Assembly: GCA_003599595.1 (NCBI GenBank)
Contig: QZIP01000011.1
Span: 2,638 to 66,637, forward strand
Origin: Candidatus Parcubacteria bacterium
Lineage (GTDB): Bacteria; Patescibacteriota; Microgenomatia; Levybacterales; GWA1-39-11
DNA: 64,000 bases
Reading direction: 5' to 3'
Shown: positions 1-10,872 of the stretch, one piece after another
Position numbering within the stretch: the stretch's first letter is position 1
How the letters are laid out: every line of letters begins with the position of its first letter
Program-made: the position numbers and the translations under genes
Notes under the pieces: model-generated
What the model saw: the letters and a program-made list of their open reading frames with translations, nothing else
What the model was told of the DNA's origin: nothing
Database searches by the model: none

Positions 1-495
1 ATTCAAAAAGAAATTTTCTGTTACATCCGGTAAATACTGATCAAATCTGTCAAGCAAGAATACAACCGAAAGCTCTTTTTCTATAGCCAAAAAATCTATA
101 CTTTTTTTAAGTGCCTGAAAAAGTATCAGCTCGTCACTAAATCCTATTGCCTCCTTTAAAAATTTATTTACAGTATCTGCTTCTTGTTTTAAGTCCCGTT
201 CGGTCAAAGAGTAGGCTGTTGAAATTATCATAAATTTAATCACATCAAAAAGATTTCTTTTTTTAACCTCTGAAAAATCCATATAGACAAAATGAAACCA
301 TTTTTGATTTTCTCCCAGATGAATTTCCCGCACTCCCTTGTTATAGGAGAGTAGTCCAAGAAGTGTCCCCTTTCCACTTCCTGGCACGCCCACTACCTGA
401 GAAGACCTGCCGCTTTTGGCAAACTCAAGCATCCTTTTTATCTCCTCACTCCTGGTCTCAGGAGGATAAAGTGATTCAAAATGCTGTGGCTCCAT
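1..495 (-). CDS. P-loop ATPase domain protein (AAA/STAND-like), 3' end runs off the window
   Basis: Not in the ORF track. Open frame from ATG 495 to base 1 translates MEPQHFESLY...VVGVPGSGKGTLL (Walker A)...SVVFLLDRFD (Walker B-like). TATAAT lies 6 nt upstream of the ATG. Confidence 0.75.
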   Translation of the reverse strand, partial: MEPQHFESLYPPETRSEEIKRMLEFAKSGRSSQVVGVPGSGKGTLLGLLSYNKGVREIHLGENQKWFHFVYMDFSEVKKRNLFDVIKFMIISTAYSLTERDLKQEADTVNKFLKEAIGFSDELILFQALKKSIDFLAIEKELSVVFLLDRFDQYLPDVTENFFLN

Positions 496-703
496 ACTTG
501 TATTATAAGAGTTCAAGAATCAAAGATCAAAGATCAAAAACAACACAAGTGTAAGCCTAAAATTGATTAATGAATAAATATATAAAAGCCTCATTAATCA
601 TAAATCATTATTCATAATTCAGCTTGATTGTTAACCACCTGTTATCTCTTTGTAATCTCCTTATCAAGCACCTTATTCATCTAAAACATATACTACGGTC
701 AGT

Positions 704-3700
704 ATGAATCATACCGAGATGTTGACAACCGGGGAGCAAAAAAGTTACGCTAGAAGTAAAGAAACTTCTATGGATACAGACAGAGAAACAAGAGAATTAA
801 AAATCCCCTTAACCCAGGATGATGAAAGAAAGGTAAGAGCTCTTACAGACAGGATAAGTCAGCTTGAAGCAAGATACAAAAGCGGCCAAATTCCTGAAGC
901 GGACTATAAAGAGCAAAGAAGAAAAATTCAAAAAGAAACTCAAAACCAAGCCTCAGCAGGAGAATTAAGCCCAGAGGCGTTTTACGCGCTTGCCAAAAAA
1001 TTTTTTAGCCTTGAAGAATTATTAGGTGGAAGAGAAAAAACAGAAGAAGGCAAAGAAGTGCGTCCGGGAGAGAGACAAAAGGAAAAGGAGAAAGAGCTTT
1101 TAGATGATATGGCAGCCCAGGGTTACGAACGCAGAAGAGCAAAAAATGGAGAAGCTTATTGGGCAAAAAAAGAAAAATTTGATGAGGTCTCTCAGTTCCC
1201 TCCTAGCGTGATAGAGGCATACTTCAGGGCGCAAAACTCACAAAGATACAAAAAACTCCATGACGGTGATTTTCCAACAACAGATGAAGGCATAGAGCAG
1301 GCAACAAAACTCACCTCAGAACAGGAGTCTTGGGTGGCAAGGGGAAAGCTTCCTGGGCCAATTTCAGGAGGGGAAACCAGGGAAGGTGAAGGGGTAAAAA
1401 AAGAGTTGACACCCCGCGATCAATTAATAGGAATAAAAGAAAGATTTGGAGAACAAACAGATTCTCTAAAAATAGATGCAATGGTAAGCCATGAAATAAA
1501 ACCATTTATAAGATTATTAGGCCAGGAAATGGCAGAAGATGTACGCCATGAACTAGAAGAAACAATTCCTGATAAAATAATAGCGGCTTCCACCGTAGAG
1601 CAAAAAAGAATAATGGCTCAGCATCTGGTAGACAAGGTTTTGGAGTTTTATCCTAAAGACAGACCCAAAACAGAAAGGGGTTTAAAAGAAACACCTCTTT
1701 GTCTGGAAGATTTGGCAGAGCTTATTATGCACTCTGAATCTGATGAGTGGCAGCCCGGAGGAGCAAGAGAGATTATGAATAAAAAAGATGAATTGGTTCC
1801 AGAAAACTTTCTTGCCTGGGTTAGAAAGCAAATGCTTTACTGGCACGATTTTGACGCAACCGCAGAAACTGATTTTTTCAGCAAGATTTCAACAGCAGGT
1901 ACTTATAGGGTAGTGTCTTTAAATGAAATGCTTTATCACACCAGATATTTTAGAAAAAGAGAAAGAAGACAGGAGTATGTTCCTCTCTTTGATGAAAGAA
2001 TGGGAAAGCTCTTAAAAGATGAAAAAGGAAAACAGGAGTGGGGCCCAGACCTCGTGGAACACTATCATGAAGATGAAGTTTATAACGCTCTTAAAGAAGA
2101 AATTCTTCTGGAGTGCTGGCTCTTCAATACCTCCCGTAATATGGATATTAAATATAGGTTTGAAGTAATGGGAAGTGATGAAAATCTTCCCAAGCTCTTG
2201 GGACAGCTTTACGCGGCAAATGTCTTTACGAGGGCCAACAACCTTGAGAAAATCTTTACACTGCCAACAGTAACCAGAAGGTCAGAAGGTAAAAGTGAAA
2301 AAGAAAGAAAAGAGCTTTTTAAATCTGCAGAAAACCATAAGGTTGGAGACATCACAAGAAAGGCATTTCTTGCCTATTATTTTTTGCCTGACATAAGACA
2401 GCTAAGACAGATTTTGGGTCATGATTCAACGCTTTTTAGAAGAGAATATATTGAAGTTGTAGGAGAAACTCAATCCAGAGTCCCCAGAAGTGCCAAGTCA
2501 GAAAGCGGAATTGGATATAAAAGACTGATAGGAAGAGGAGAAAAGTGGAAAGAGAGTTGGTATGATGGAAACGGAGTTTTGAAAAATGATGATAAAACTC
2601 TGAGCGAGTTTTCAGGTTATATTAATTTTTTTGCAGAGGCCATGGAAGACCCGATTGTTAAAAAAGAAGTTAGAGACAGGATTGTCCAGTCCTTGATGCC
2701 TAGTCTGGTTGATGAGACAAGAAGTAGTTATGAGGCTGATTACAGGATAATTGCAAAAAGAAAAGTGATTACAGGTAGTATAGAGGAGGGTGAAAAGTTG
2801 TCAGATGAGGAGATTGACCAAAGAATAGAAGCAGAGCTTGATTCTATGATTAGACAGCGTGCTTATCAGGAGGCAAAGTATGCTGATGAATGGGCCTTTT
2901 CAATGATGCGCTGGACCCTGGCCGCTTCCAAAAATGATACCAATGGTATTGGTTTTGATGCGGCAACCAAAATTACCAGGACAGAGCAGTACAGGACCAG
3001 ACAGGCCGCGGCGCATCGGATGGGCGCTCTTGGCAATATGTACAATATCCCCATTTTTAAAAGTATAGGACTTGACATGTTTAATGCCATTCTTACTCTT
3101 CCCGTAAGAGATGAGAATGGGGATTTGATTAAGGACAAAAACGGCAAAGTTATAACAAGAACGCCTATTGAAATTCTTCTGGCCGCACAAAATGCAGGCT
3201 CAGACAAAGAAGCAATGGCTGCCATGAATCAGCTTAGATTTCTTGAAAGGACAATGACCCAGTATCATGCAGATCACGTAGGCCGCTCTTTTGAGGTTTT
3301 TCACTCTCTGATTGGAGCAAAAGAAATAAAGCTTGAGGAGCTTGCAAAAATAGATCCTTTCAGGGGTGTTACTTTTGATCAGGCCAAGTTTCAGGAAACT
3401 GTAATTGATGGCTTTTTAAAATCAATGCGATATGCCTACTCTACCTGGAGAGGTGTAGATTTCAGTAAAAAAATTAGATACTTTGTGAGAAAAGATGAAG
3501 AAACCGGAGAAATGATTTTTGAAGACCGGCCGCTTGTAAATGTTTTGTTCAGCAAGGAGGTTGTTGAAGGATTTGTAGAAAAATTCAAAAGAGAAATCAG
3601 TAGAGAGGATTACGACTTATTTAAAGGGCAAGGCGTGATCTCAGATAACATACTAAGGCTTATCCAGTTTGGACATAGAGATGAGCTGTGGAAAGAGGTG

Positions 3701-4030
3701 GCAAAGCTCAGGCTTGCAGCAGAAATTTATTCCCACCGTGACCTGACAGGACCAAATCCTTGGCTCACAACATCGCAGATTGAAACTATCTATGCCGCTC
3801 TGCAAAAAATCCCTGGAAATTTATTGGTAGACAAAGATGAAAAAGACTTTAAAAAGACTATGGTTACAAAACTTGCCTTTGACAACAAGGATATTAATTG
3901 GATGAGAAAAAAATCAAGGACAGAGGTGGGTAGAATGGTAGGGATGGATACGGCAGATGCTTTAACCAAGGGTAGTTTTGTAGGTTTTTGGGAGGCCGCT
4001 AAAGTCTTCTTTGCTGACATCACCAAATAA
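704..4030 (+). CDS. Large hypothetical protein (1108 aa, charged, probably helical)
   Basis: Long uninterrupted ORF with no recognisable motif; TATACT just upstream of the start. Confidence 0.85.
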   Translation: MNHTEMLTTGEQKSYARSKETSMDTDRETRELKIPLTQDDERKVRALTDRISQLEARYKSGQIPEADYKEQRRKIQKETQNQASAGELSPEAFYALAKKFFSLEELLGGREKTEEGKEVRPGERQKEKEKELLDDMAAQGYERRRAKNGEAYWAKKEKFDEVSQFPPSVIEAYFRAQNSQRYKKLHDGDFPTTDEGIEQATKLTSEQESWVARGKLPGPISGGETREGEGVKKELTPRDQLIGIKERFGEQTDSLKIDAMVSHEIKPFIRLLGQEMAEDVRHELEETIPDKIIAASTVEQKRIMAQHLVDKVLEFYPKDRPKTERGLKETPLCLEDLAELIMHSESDEWQPGGAREIMNKKDELVPENFLAWVRKQMLYWHDFDATAETDFFSKISTAGTYRVVSLNEMLYHTRYFRKRERRQEYVPLFDERMGKLLKDEKGKQEWGPDLVEHYHEDEVYNALKEEILLECWLFNTSRNMDIKYRFEVMGSDENLPKLLGQLYAANVFTRANNLEKIFTLPTVTRRSEGKSEKERKELFKSAENHKVGDITRKAFLAYYFLPDIRQLRQILGHDSTLFRREYIEVVGETQSRVPRSAKSESGIGYKRLIGRGEKWKESWYDGNGVLKNDDKTLSEFSGYINFFAEAMEDPIVKKEVRDRIVQSLMPSLVDETRSSYEADYRIIAKRKVITGSIEEGEKLSDEEIDQRIEAELDSMIRQRAYQEAKYADEWAFSMMRWTLAASKNDTNGIGFDAATKITRTEQYRTRQAAAHRMGALGNMYNIPIFKSIGLDMFNAILTLPVRDENGDLIKDKNGKVITRTPIEILLAAQNAGSDKEAMAAMNQLRFLERTMTQYHADHVGRSFEVFHSLIGAKEIKLEELAKIDPFRGVTFDQAKFQETVIDGFLKSMRYAYSTWRGVDFSKKIRYFVRKDEETGEMIFEDRPLVNVLFSKEVVEGFVEKFKREISREDYDLFKGQGVISDNILRLIQFGHRDELWKEVAKLRLAAEIYSHRDLTGPNPWLTTSQIETIYAALQKIPGNLLVDKDEKDFKKTMVTKLAFDNKDINWMRKKSRTEVGRMVGMDTADALTKGSFVGFWEAAKVFFADITK

Positions 4031-4150
4031 CAGCTAAGATTCTCACAGAGTTATATCAGATTTTCACAGATATTTCTTAGTATTAGACGGTAGATGATAG
4101 AAGATAGAAGGTAATGCTTTGAGGATATGTGTTGCCTGTTTAGGCTTAGT

Positions 4151-6154
4151 CTATGTATTAGTATTTCCCCCTTGGTTTTGCTGGTTTCTAGCTATTTGCT
4201 GCTGAGCTCTTTCATGTCTACTTAGGGTTTGCTGGTTTTGTGCAGGTTGACTTCCTGTTGCTTGAGTTGTTGGAGGTTGGCCTGTCCGCGGTTGGGGTTG
4301 ATTTCGTTTTATTGGGAAGACTCTACCTAAAAGACCACCAGATTCACCTGGATCCTCTCTCCAGCCTCCAAGTACATTCCCAAAGAGTGTTCCAAGCATA
4401 GTTTTGCCCTTAAATCTTGAATAAAGATATGTATTCAACATTCCTTTTGGATTACCCATATTGTCAGTTCTCCAGAATTGTTTTCCAACCCCACCGGTAA
4501 ACGCACTGCTTGCTCCCTGTCCTACACCAATTGCCTTGCCAATAATTGCAGGATATTTCATCTCAGGGGACTTAAACGCATCCCGCGTCATATTTACCAC
4601 CTCAGGTGTTAACAGAATTATTCCAAGCCCTACAATGTTTGCAAACAAGGCTGGATCTCCCGGGTTTCCTATAAGAGGGGGTAGGAAGGGGTCTTGATGT
4701 TTGACAGCAAAAACTTCCATAAACGCCTTTCCAAGCATAAACATTATAATTGCAGTTGGAAAAGCAGAGAGATGTGCCAAAAGATCCCGGATCCAGGAAC
4801 CAAAACCTGTGCTTACACCAGGTATAAGCCCAGCACCTATCCAAAATGGAGCAAAGATAACATCCATTAATATAAAAACATAAGATTTTAAAAGCTGGAA
4901 CCAAAGCCTGAAAAGCGCCCAAAGAATAGCCACAAAAACTATAAGAAATGTAATTAGGTAAGGTATAAGCCATCTGAGTGAGGTCTCAAGCGCGGCATAG
5001 GTAGCATATCCTGTAATAAATCCTGTCAGTGGGCCCGCATTCACAAATCCTAAATCAGACATCGTTGCAACTTTTGCTCCAACGCCAAATCCCGCAAATA
5101 AACTAATTGTGTCTATCATCCAATTTGCAAAACTAAAATTATTCCAGTCAAAAGCGAATTGACCTGAGCTTATAAATTCATTAAAAGGAATAATAGCTTG
5201 TAGAGGGTCTGTGTTTATATTCATAATATTTCCAATAATTTCCTTCACAGAAAGAGCTACGTTGCTTGCCATTCCATGGATTCCTCCAAAGCTGTTATTA
5301 ACCACTTCAAAAGTTGTCCTGCCATAAGCATCCGCAGGATTTAAATTCATTACATTTATGCCCGTACCTTGCACAAGCAAAAAGAAAAAATACATAACAA
5401 GCCACATAAGATCAATCAAAATCCCTACAATAGCATAGGAAAATGTGATCAAAATCAAAGTTACTATAATTTTGGGAATCTGGTTTTGAATAGACATAAC
5501 AGTCCTGGCATCAATTTGAATCCGGAACATAATCCCAAGCCCCACAAGCACAAAAATAATTACAAATAAAAGATATACAACATCACGGAACACCTTCCAC
5601 AACTCCATGACTGGTTCAAGCCCTTTAAATCCTACTCCTTGCGCATAAGCAGGTTTTACAATTCCAAATCTACTCCCAAGATCTGCAAAATACTGGTTTG
5701 AAGATATGGGAATTTTATAGGTCATTCCTATTAGATTTGCCGCAAACCCCACCATGCCGCCACTGTTTTCAACAAATCCTATTTTTTTTGCCTCAGGATC
5801 TATTCCTAGACACTTGCCTTCTGGATTAACAGGATCAAATCCAGCAATCTGACAGACAAAAGCAGACATTACCTCAATCATCACATTCTGCGTTCTGTAA
5901 TGAAGATCAGGCGGGGGAGTGTATTCAGGCAAAGGGGTAGGAGCTTGTACTACATTATTATAATTATATATAGGCACTGTTTGCTGATTTACTTCTTGTT
6001 CATTGTCTATTTGCGGGAGTGCAGGTGTGATAGTATTTGTGGAGTTAATAATGTTATCTACGGGGTAGTTTTGTACGCTCTGAGCATAAACAGGCTGTAG
6101 TTTTAAAAAGAAGAACGTTATCAATAGAAAAATAACAGGGCAGATTTTCCTCAT
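4151..6154 (-). CDS. TrbL/VirB6-like polytopic membrane protein of CPR type IV secretion-like systems
   Basis: Signal peptide ending PVYAQ, many TM helices, 'ELWKVFRDVVY...GLGIMFRIQID...IQNQIPKIIVTLILITFSYAIVGILIDL' segment, Gly- and Gln-rich tail. Start moved to the ATG of MRKICP. Confidence 0.6.
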   Translation of the reverse strand: MRKICPVIFLLITFFFLKLQPVYAQSVQNYPVDNIINSTNTITPALPQIDNEQEVNQQTVPIYNYNNVVQAPTPLPEYTPPPDLHYRTQNVMIEVMSAFVCQIAGFDPVNPEGKCLGIDPEAKKIGFVENSGGMVGFAANLIGMTYKIPISSNQYFADLGSRFGIVKPAYAQGVGFKGLEPVMELWKVFRDVVYLLFVIIFVLVGLGIMFRIQIDARTVMSIQNQIPKIIVTLILITFSYAIVGILIDLMWLVMYFFFLLVQGTGINVMNLNPADAYGRTTFEVVNNSFGGIHGMASNVALSVKEIIGNIMNINTDPLQAIIPFNEFISSGQFAFDWNNFSFANWMIDTISLFAGFGVGAKVATMSDLGFVNAGPLTGFITGYATYAALETSLRWLIPYLITFLIVFVAILWALFRLWFQLLKSYVFILMDVIFAPFWIGAGLIPGVSTGFGSWIRDLLAHLSAFPTAIIMFMLGKAFMEVFAVKHQDPFLPPLIGNPGDPALFANIVGLGIILLTPEVVNMTRDAFKSPEMKYPAIIGKAIGVGQGASSAFTGGVGKQFWRTDNMGNPKGMLNTYLYSRFKGKTMLGTLFGNVLGGWREDPGESGGLLGRVFPIKRNQPQPRTGQPPTTQATGSQPAQNQQTLSRHERAQQQIARNQQNQGGNTNT

Positions 6155-6475
6155 TAATTTTAGTATGAATACTCTACAAATAAATGTCAAGAAAAATTTA
6201 ATTAACCCAATTAAACTCCAATTTAATCGGAGTTACTTTAAACAAACCCCAACACCTTAAATCAAATATCAAAACCCAAATGACAAATGAGGCTCAAATG
6301 CTTAAATGTTATAAAATTTAGATTTTAAATTTTGGATTTCATTTGATATTTGAAATTTGGATTTTGGATTTTTAAGGGTTTGTTGCTTGTTTAGAGATTG
6401 GAATAATTAGGTGAATTAGGTCAATTATTAACGATTGTAAAATAAGTTCCAGACCTGTATAATACCCTCAAAAGG

Positions 6476-7012
6476 ATGATAAAACATATAGCCTTAGTTT
6501 TTGTCCTCATAACATTCTTGTTTTTTTCAAGAGAATCAACTCTTGCGCAATCTTCCCCCTCTGCTGTGCCCAAGGTAGAATATCAGCTTCCTTATCCGGG
6601 TGTTTTACCGGACAATCCTTTGTATTTTTTAAAAGCCGCAAGGGACCGGCTTGTTAGTATTCTTATAAACGATCCTCTAAAAAAATCAGAATTCAATCTG
6701 CTTAATTCAGATAAGAGAATTGGTGCAGGAATCGCTCTTGTTGAAAAAGATAAAGATGCGCTTGCTGTTTCTGTTATTTCAAAAAGCAACAACTATTTAT
6801 TTGACGCTGTAATTGCGGCAGAGGAGTCAAAAAAATTAGGAAAAGACACAAAATCATTGTCAGAAAACATTAGAAATTCAATACTAAAACACAAAGAGAA
6901 GATTGAAGAATTGGAAAAATTAATTGACAAAAAATATGTCAAAGAGCTGAAGTCAGAGTATAAAAGATTAGAAATAATGCAGGAATCTGTGAAACAAAAC
7001 CTCCTCAAATAA
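6476..7012 (+). CDS. DUF5667-type secreted helical protein
   Basis: Signal peptide plus 'LPYPGVLPDNPLYFLK' motif. Confidence 0.7.
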   Translation: MIKHIALVFVLITFLFFSRESTLAQSSPSAVPKVEYQLPYPGVLPDNPLYFLKAARDRLVSILINDPLKKSEFNLLNSDKRIGAGIALVEKDKDALAVSVISKSNNYLFDAVIAAEESKKLGKDTKSLSENIRNSILKHKEKIEELEKLIDKKYVKELKSEYKRLEIMQESVKQNLLK

Positions 7013-7190
7013 TATAATTAAATGCTTTTGTGATCAATAAAATTGATCAAACTTAATTACTTATAAATAAGCAATTTACATACCCTTAACATAGTTTTCT
7101 CCAATTATTTGTTCCACAAAAAAAACATATTTTTTATTAAAATTTGAAGCTAAATTTTAAACTGCTATATTTTGATATCATTGTTAATAG

Positions 7191-7243
7191 TTGACTGTAT
7201 AGGGCTAGTGTTTTACTATATATCCTGGCACTAGATATAGTTT
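7191..7243 (+). promoter_or_regulatory. sigma70 promoter of nrdR-nrdJ with NrdR box(es)
   Basis: TTGACT(7191-7196)-17-TACTAT(7214-7219). gcaCTAgATATAGttt at 7228-7243 matches the NrdR consensus acaCwAtATaTwGtgt; a weaker box lies 32 bp upstream (7196-7211). Confidence 0.7.
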
Positions 7244-7244
7244 A

Positions 7245-7350
7245 GAATTTCAAATCTTAGATCGCAAATGTCAAATCTTAAGAAATTTATAATAATTGTC
7301 GCGAAGTGACACCTTAGTTTTGAGATTTGAGCTTTGACATTTGAGATTTA
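7245..7350. repeat. 7-bp-periodic inverted-repeat element
   Basis: Left arm CAAATnn units, right arm TTTGAnn units, central GTCGCGAAGTGAC hairpin. Confidence 0.7.
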
Positions 7351-7354
7351 ATTT

Positions 7355-7804
7355 ATGTTCTGTCCTTATTGTACAAGCGCTGAAACAGAAGTAGTTGAAA
7401 CAAGAGTGAGTGAAGATGGTGGGAGTATTAGAAGAAGAAGAAATTGTGTTTCTTGTACAAAGCGCTTTACAACCTATGAAAGAATAGAAAACGTTACGTT
7501 GGTAGTAATTAAGAAGGATGGAAAAAGAGAACAATTTAACAGGGAAAAGCTCAAAAATGGAATTTTAAAGTCTTGCGAAAAAACAAGCGTAACACTGGAG
7601 CAGATAAACAATATTTTAGATGAAATAGGAAGAGAATTAAAAAATAAAGATTCTGTTGAAATAGAAAGTAAAAAAATAGGTCAAATAGTTGCAGCAAAGC
7701 TTAAAGAGATTGATAAAGTTGCCTATATTAGATTTGCAAGTGTTTTTGAAAGATTTTTAGACCTTGAAGACTTTGAAAAAGAACTGAAGAGGTTAATAAA
7801 ATAG
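7355..7804 (+). CDS. nrdR: Transcriptional repressor NrdR
   Basis: MFCPYC...IRRRRNCVSCTKRFTTYE zinc ribbon, ATP cone, VAYIRFASV. Confidence 0.98.
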   Translation: MFCPYCTSAETEVVETRVSEDGGSIRRRRNCVSCTKRFTTYERIENVTLVVIKKDGKREQFNREKLKNGILKSCEKTSVTLEQINNILDEIGRELKNKDSVEIESKKIGQIVAAKLKEIDKVAYIRFASVFERFLDLEDFEKELKRLIK

Positions 7805-8234
7805 AAGTTACTTGATCTAATTGCTCTAATTAATCTAATTTCTAAATAAGCACCAAACCTTTAAAAATAAACAAATAAAACTAATATCAAATGACAAATA
7901 AATAAATGATAAAAATTCAAAAGTTATAAGTTATTAGTTTATTAAAATATTTGATAATTGATTTGTTTATTGGGTTATTTGTTTATTGGTAGTATTTTGT
8001 GGGGATTACAGGTTTGTTACAAAAAGACCCGTTGAAAATTAACAATAAGAGATTATAATAGAACAGTTCGGTTTTAAAAACATGCGTGTAGTCATTTAGC
8101 GTCAGGTTAAAATTATCAGTGTAATCAGGGCGCGTCAGAAATAACAACACAAAACAGAACAATACGAATAGCGCCATAAATCCGTGAAAATCAAAATCAT
8201 TAGGATGCAATTAACATTTTAAATATTTGAACTT

Positions 8235-10676
8235 ATGAAAAAATTAGAAGGCCTATCTCAAAAAGTTTTTATTGATAGATATTCCCTAAAAGATAAAAAA
8301 GGTAATCCTCTTGAAAAAACGCCAGTTGAAATGTGGCGCCGCGTAGCAAAAGCAGTTGCCCAAAATGAGAAAAAAGAAAATCAAAAGTTTTGGGAAAAAG
8401 AATTTTACTATGCCTTCAAAGACTTTAAATATATCCCTGGGGGAAGGATTTTAGCAGGTGCCGGAACAGGCTTTTCTGTTACTTACTACAATTGTTTTGT
8501 TATCCCCAGTCCCAAAGATTCCCGTGATGGTATTTTGGAAACCCTAAAGCAAATGGTTGAAATTATGGCAAGGGGTGGAGGAGTAGGGATTAATATGTCT
8601 TCTCTTAGGCCGCGTGGCTCAAGGGTTAAAAAAGTCAATGGTTTTTCCTCAGGTCCCTGTAATTGGGCAGAGCTTTTCTCAGTTGCTACAAAAGATATTA
8701 TCCAGCAGGGAGGAACCAGGCGCGGTGCTTTAATGTTAATGCTTTGGGACTGGCACCCAGACATTGAAGAATTTATTACCGTCAAACAGGATCTAACCCG
8801 TATCAATGGTGCCAATCTCTCAGTTTGTGTATCGGACAAATTTATGGAAGCTGTTGAAAAAGATGGAGATTGGGAACTTGCTTTTCCTGACACTTCTGAC
8901 CCTGAGTATGATGCAAAATGGGATGGAGACCTTGAAGTTTGGCGCAGTCTGGGTAAAAAGGTTGAGGTTGTAAAAACCGTAAAAGCCAGAAAGATATGGG
9001 ACCTAATAGCTGATGCCGCCTGGCGGTCAGCAGAACCAGGTGTTGTCTTTATGGAGCGTTATAACAAGATGAACAATAATTGGTACTGGAATAGGATAAA
9101 TTGTGTAAATCCTTGTGGAGAAGAGGGATTAGCTCCTTGGGGAGTTTGTAATCTTGGATCAATTAATCTCTCTGCTTTTGTAAAAGGCAAAGACATAGAC
9201 AAAAAGGCTACTTTTGATTTTGAACTCCTTAAAAGAGTGGTCAAGTCAGCTGTCCGTCTTCAGGACAATGTGGTAGATATGGATCCTTATGTTTTTCCCG
9301 GTATTAAAAAAACACAGCTTGAAGGAGAAAGAAGAATTGGCGTGGGGACAATGGGTCTTGGTGACACGCTCATTAGGCTTCATCTGCGCTACGGCTCTCC
9401 AGAATCTCTAGGCTTTATTGAAAAAGTATATAAGCTTATTAGGGATGAGGCTTATTTAGCTTCTATTGAGGCTGCCAAGGAAAAAGGTGTTTTCCCTAAA
9501 TTTGATAAGGAAAAATATCCTCAGGGTAAGTTTATCCAGACTTTACCCAAAAATATTGTTGCTAAAATTAAAGAATTTGGTATAAGAAATTCAATAATAT
9601 TAACTCAGGCTCCAACCGGTAGCACTTCTTTGATGGCAAACACCACGTCAGGTATAGAACCGGTTTTTGAGTTTGAATTTATCAGACGCGACAGACTTGG
9701 TGAACATGTTGTTAGACATTATCTGTATGAAGATTGGTATAAAAAACATGAGCAGGAAGTAAAAGACGGTAAGACTAAAAAGCCTGATTGGTTTGTTTCT
9801 GCCAATGAACTTTCTCCGGAGGATCATATTTTTGCTCAGGCAACCATTCAAAAATATGTTGATGCTTCTATTTCAAAAACAGTTAACGCTCCCAAGACTC
9901 ACACAGTAGAAGACGTGAAAAAAATATATAACCTTGCCTACAAACTCGGTCTTAAAGGTATAGCTTATATGAGAGAAGGATCCCGTGTGGGAGTTTTTGA
10001 GAGAAAGGAAGACAAAAAAGACGATAAAAAAGAAGAGCCAAAACAACTGCCCGTTATTAGTAAGAGACCTATGGTAATCCAGGGGCTCACTTATCAAACC
10101 CAAACTCCTTTAGGTGATGCGTTTATAACAATTAACAGTGATAAACAAGATAATCCTTTTGAATTATTTATCACAATCGGAAAATCAGGATCGGATGTGG
10201 CAGGTATGGCAGAAGCATTGGGTAGGGTGATCTCTTTAGTCCTGCGTTTACAAAGTCCGGTTGCTTCCCGTGAAAGAATAAGACAAATCATTGCTCAGCT
10301 TGCTGGTATTGGTGGTATGAGATCTGTAGGTTTTGGAGAAAATAGGGTAAAATCTCTTCCGGATGCAGTTGCTAAAGTGTTTGCAGAGCATTTTGGTTTC
10401 AAAATAAACGGTAAAATATTAGACGTTAAAAAAGATGGGGTTAAAAACGGGGAATATAAAAATGGTGAGGTAAAAGAAAAGCTTAATGGAGACCTTGTAC
10501 ACAATCAATCAAATGGAGACTTAAACAAGTCTATGGTACTGCAGCAGCTAACCTTATCAAGCGATCAATCTGTTCATGATGGTCTTTTTGATCTTTGCCC
10601 CAGTTGCGGCGGTGCCACCCTGGCCCATGAAGAAGGCTGCAAGAAGTGTTATTCCTGCGGCTACTCAGAGTGTTAA
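8235..10676 (+). CDS. nrdJ: Adenosylcobalamin-dependent (class II) ribonucleotide reductase with C-terminal TSCPD/zinc-ribbon region
   Basis: PGGRIL, YYNCFV, GGGVG, GGTRRGA, NPCGE, CNLGSINL, APTGS, SISKTVN and C-terminal CPSC...EEGCKKCYSCGYSEC. Confidence 0.96.
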   Translation: MKKLEGLSQKVFIDRYSLKDKKGNPLEKTPVEMWRRVAKAVAQNEKKENQKFWEKEFYYAFKDFKYIPGGRILAGAGTGFSVTYYNCFVIPSPKDSRDGILETLKQMVEIMARGGGVGINMSSLRPRGSRVKKVNGFSSGPCNWAELFSVATKDIIQQGGTRRGALMLMLWDWHPDIEEFITVKQDLTRINGANLSVCVSDKFMEAVEKDGDWELAFPDTSDPEYDAKWDGDLEVWRSLGKKVEVVKTVKARKIWDLIADAAWRSAEPGVVFMERYNKMNNNWYWNRINCVNPCGEEGLAPWGVCNLGSINLSAFVKGKDIDKKATFDFELLKRVVKSAVRLQDNVVDMDPYVFPGIKKTQLEGERRIGVGTMGLGDTLIRLHLRYGSPESLGFIEKVYKLIRDEAYLASIEAAKEKGVFPKFDKEKYPQGKFIQTLPKNIVAKIKEFGIRNSIILTQAPTGSTSLMANTTSGIEPVFEFEFIRRDRLGEHVVRHYLYEDWYKKHEQEVKDGKTKKPDWFVSANELSPEDHIFAQATIQKYVDASISKTVNAPKTHTVEDVKKIYNLAYKLGLKGIAYMREGSRVGVFERKEDKKDDKKEEPKQLPVISKRPMVIQGLTYQTQTPLGDAFITINSDKQDNPFELFITIGKSGSDVAGMAEALGRVISLVLRLQSPVASRERIRQIIAQLAGIGGMRSVGFGENRVKSLPDAVAKVFAEHFGFKINGKILDVKKDGVKNGEYKNGEVKEKLNGDLVHNQSNGDLNKSMVLQQLTLSSDQSVHDGLFDLCPSCGGATLAHEEGCKKCYSCGYSEC

Positions 10677-10699
10677 GCATAAAATCCGATAAAAAATTT

Positions 10700-10866
10700 C
10701 TAATTTCAAACAGCCATTTTAAAGTTCAAAGTGCACCCGCCGCGCGAAGCGGGAAGTTCAAAGTTGCAGTTTAAAGTTTATAGTTGTAAATAATTTTGAA
10801 CTATTAACTGCAATTTTGCATTTTTAATCCGATCGAATCGGATTTTAATTTTGAACTTTGAATTGA
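10700..10866. repeat. 7-bp-periodic inverted-repeat element with nested palindromes
   Basis: AAAGTTC units / TTTGAAC units, with nested CCCGC..GCGGG and AATCCGAT..ATCGGATT. Confidence 0.75.
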
Positions 10867-10872
10867 AACATT

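Noticed and set aside
363-554. 63-aa plus-strand ORF and the many other short antisense or nested ORFs in the track
   Set aside because: Shadows of well-supported genes on the opposite strand or frame (here the P-loop ATPase; likewise 62343-62927 over lepA).
7983-8210. 75-aa minus-strand ORF or RNA motif between nrdR and nrdJ
   Set aside because: Antisense to the operon, low-complexity, no start signals, and no convincing fold.
8235-10676. Intein or intron in nrdJ
   Set aside because: Catalytic motifs are at normal spacing; no splice-junction or homing endonuclease motifs.
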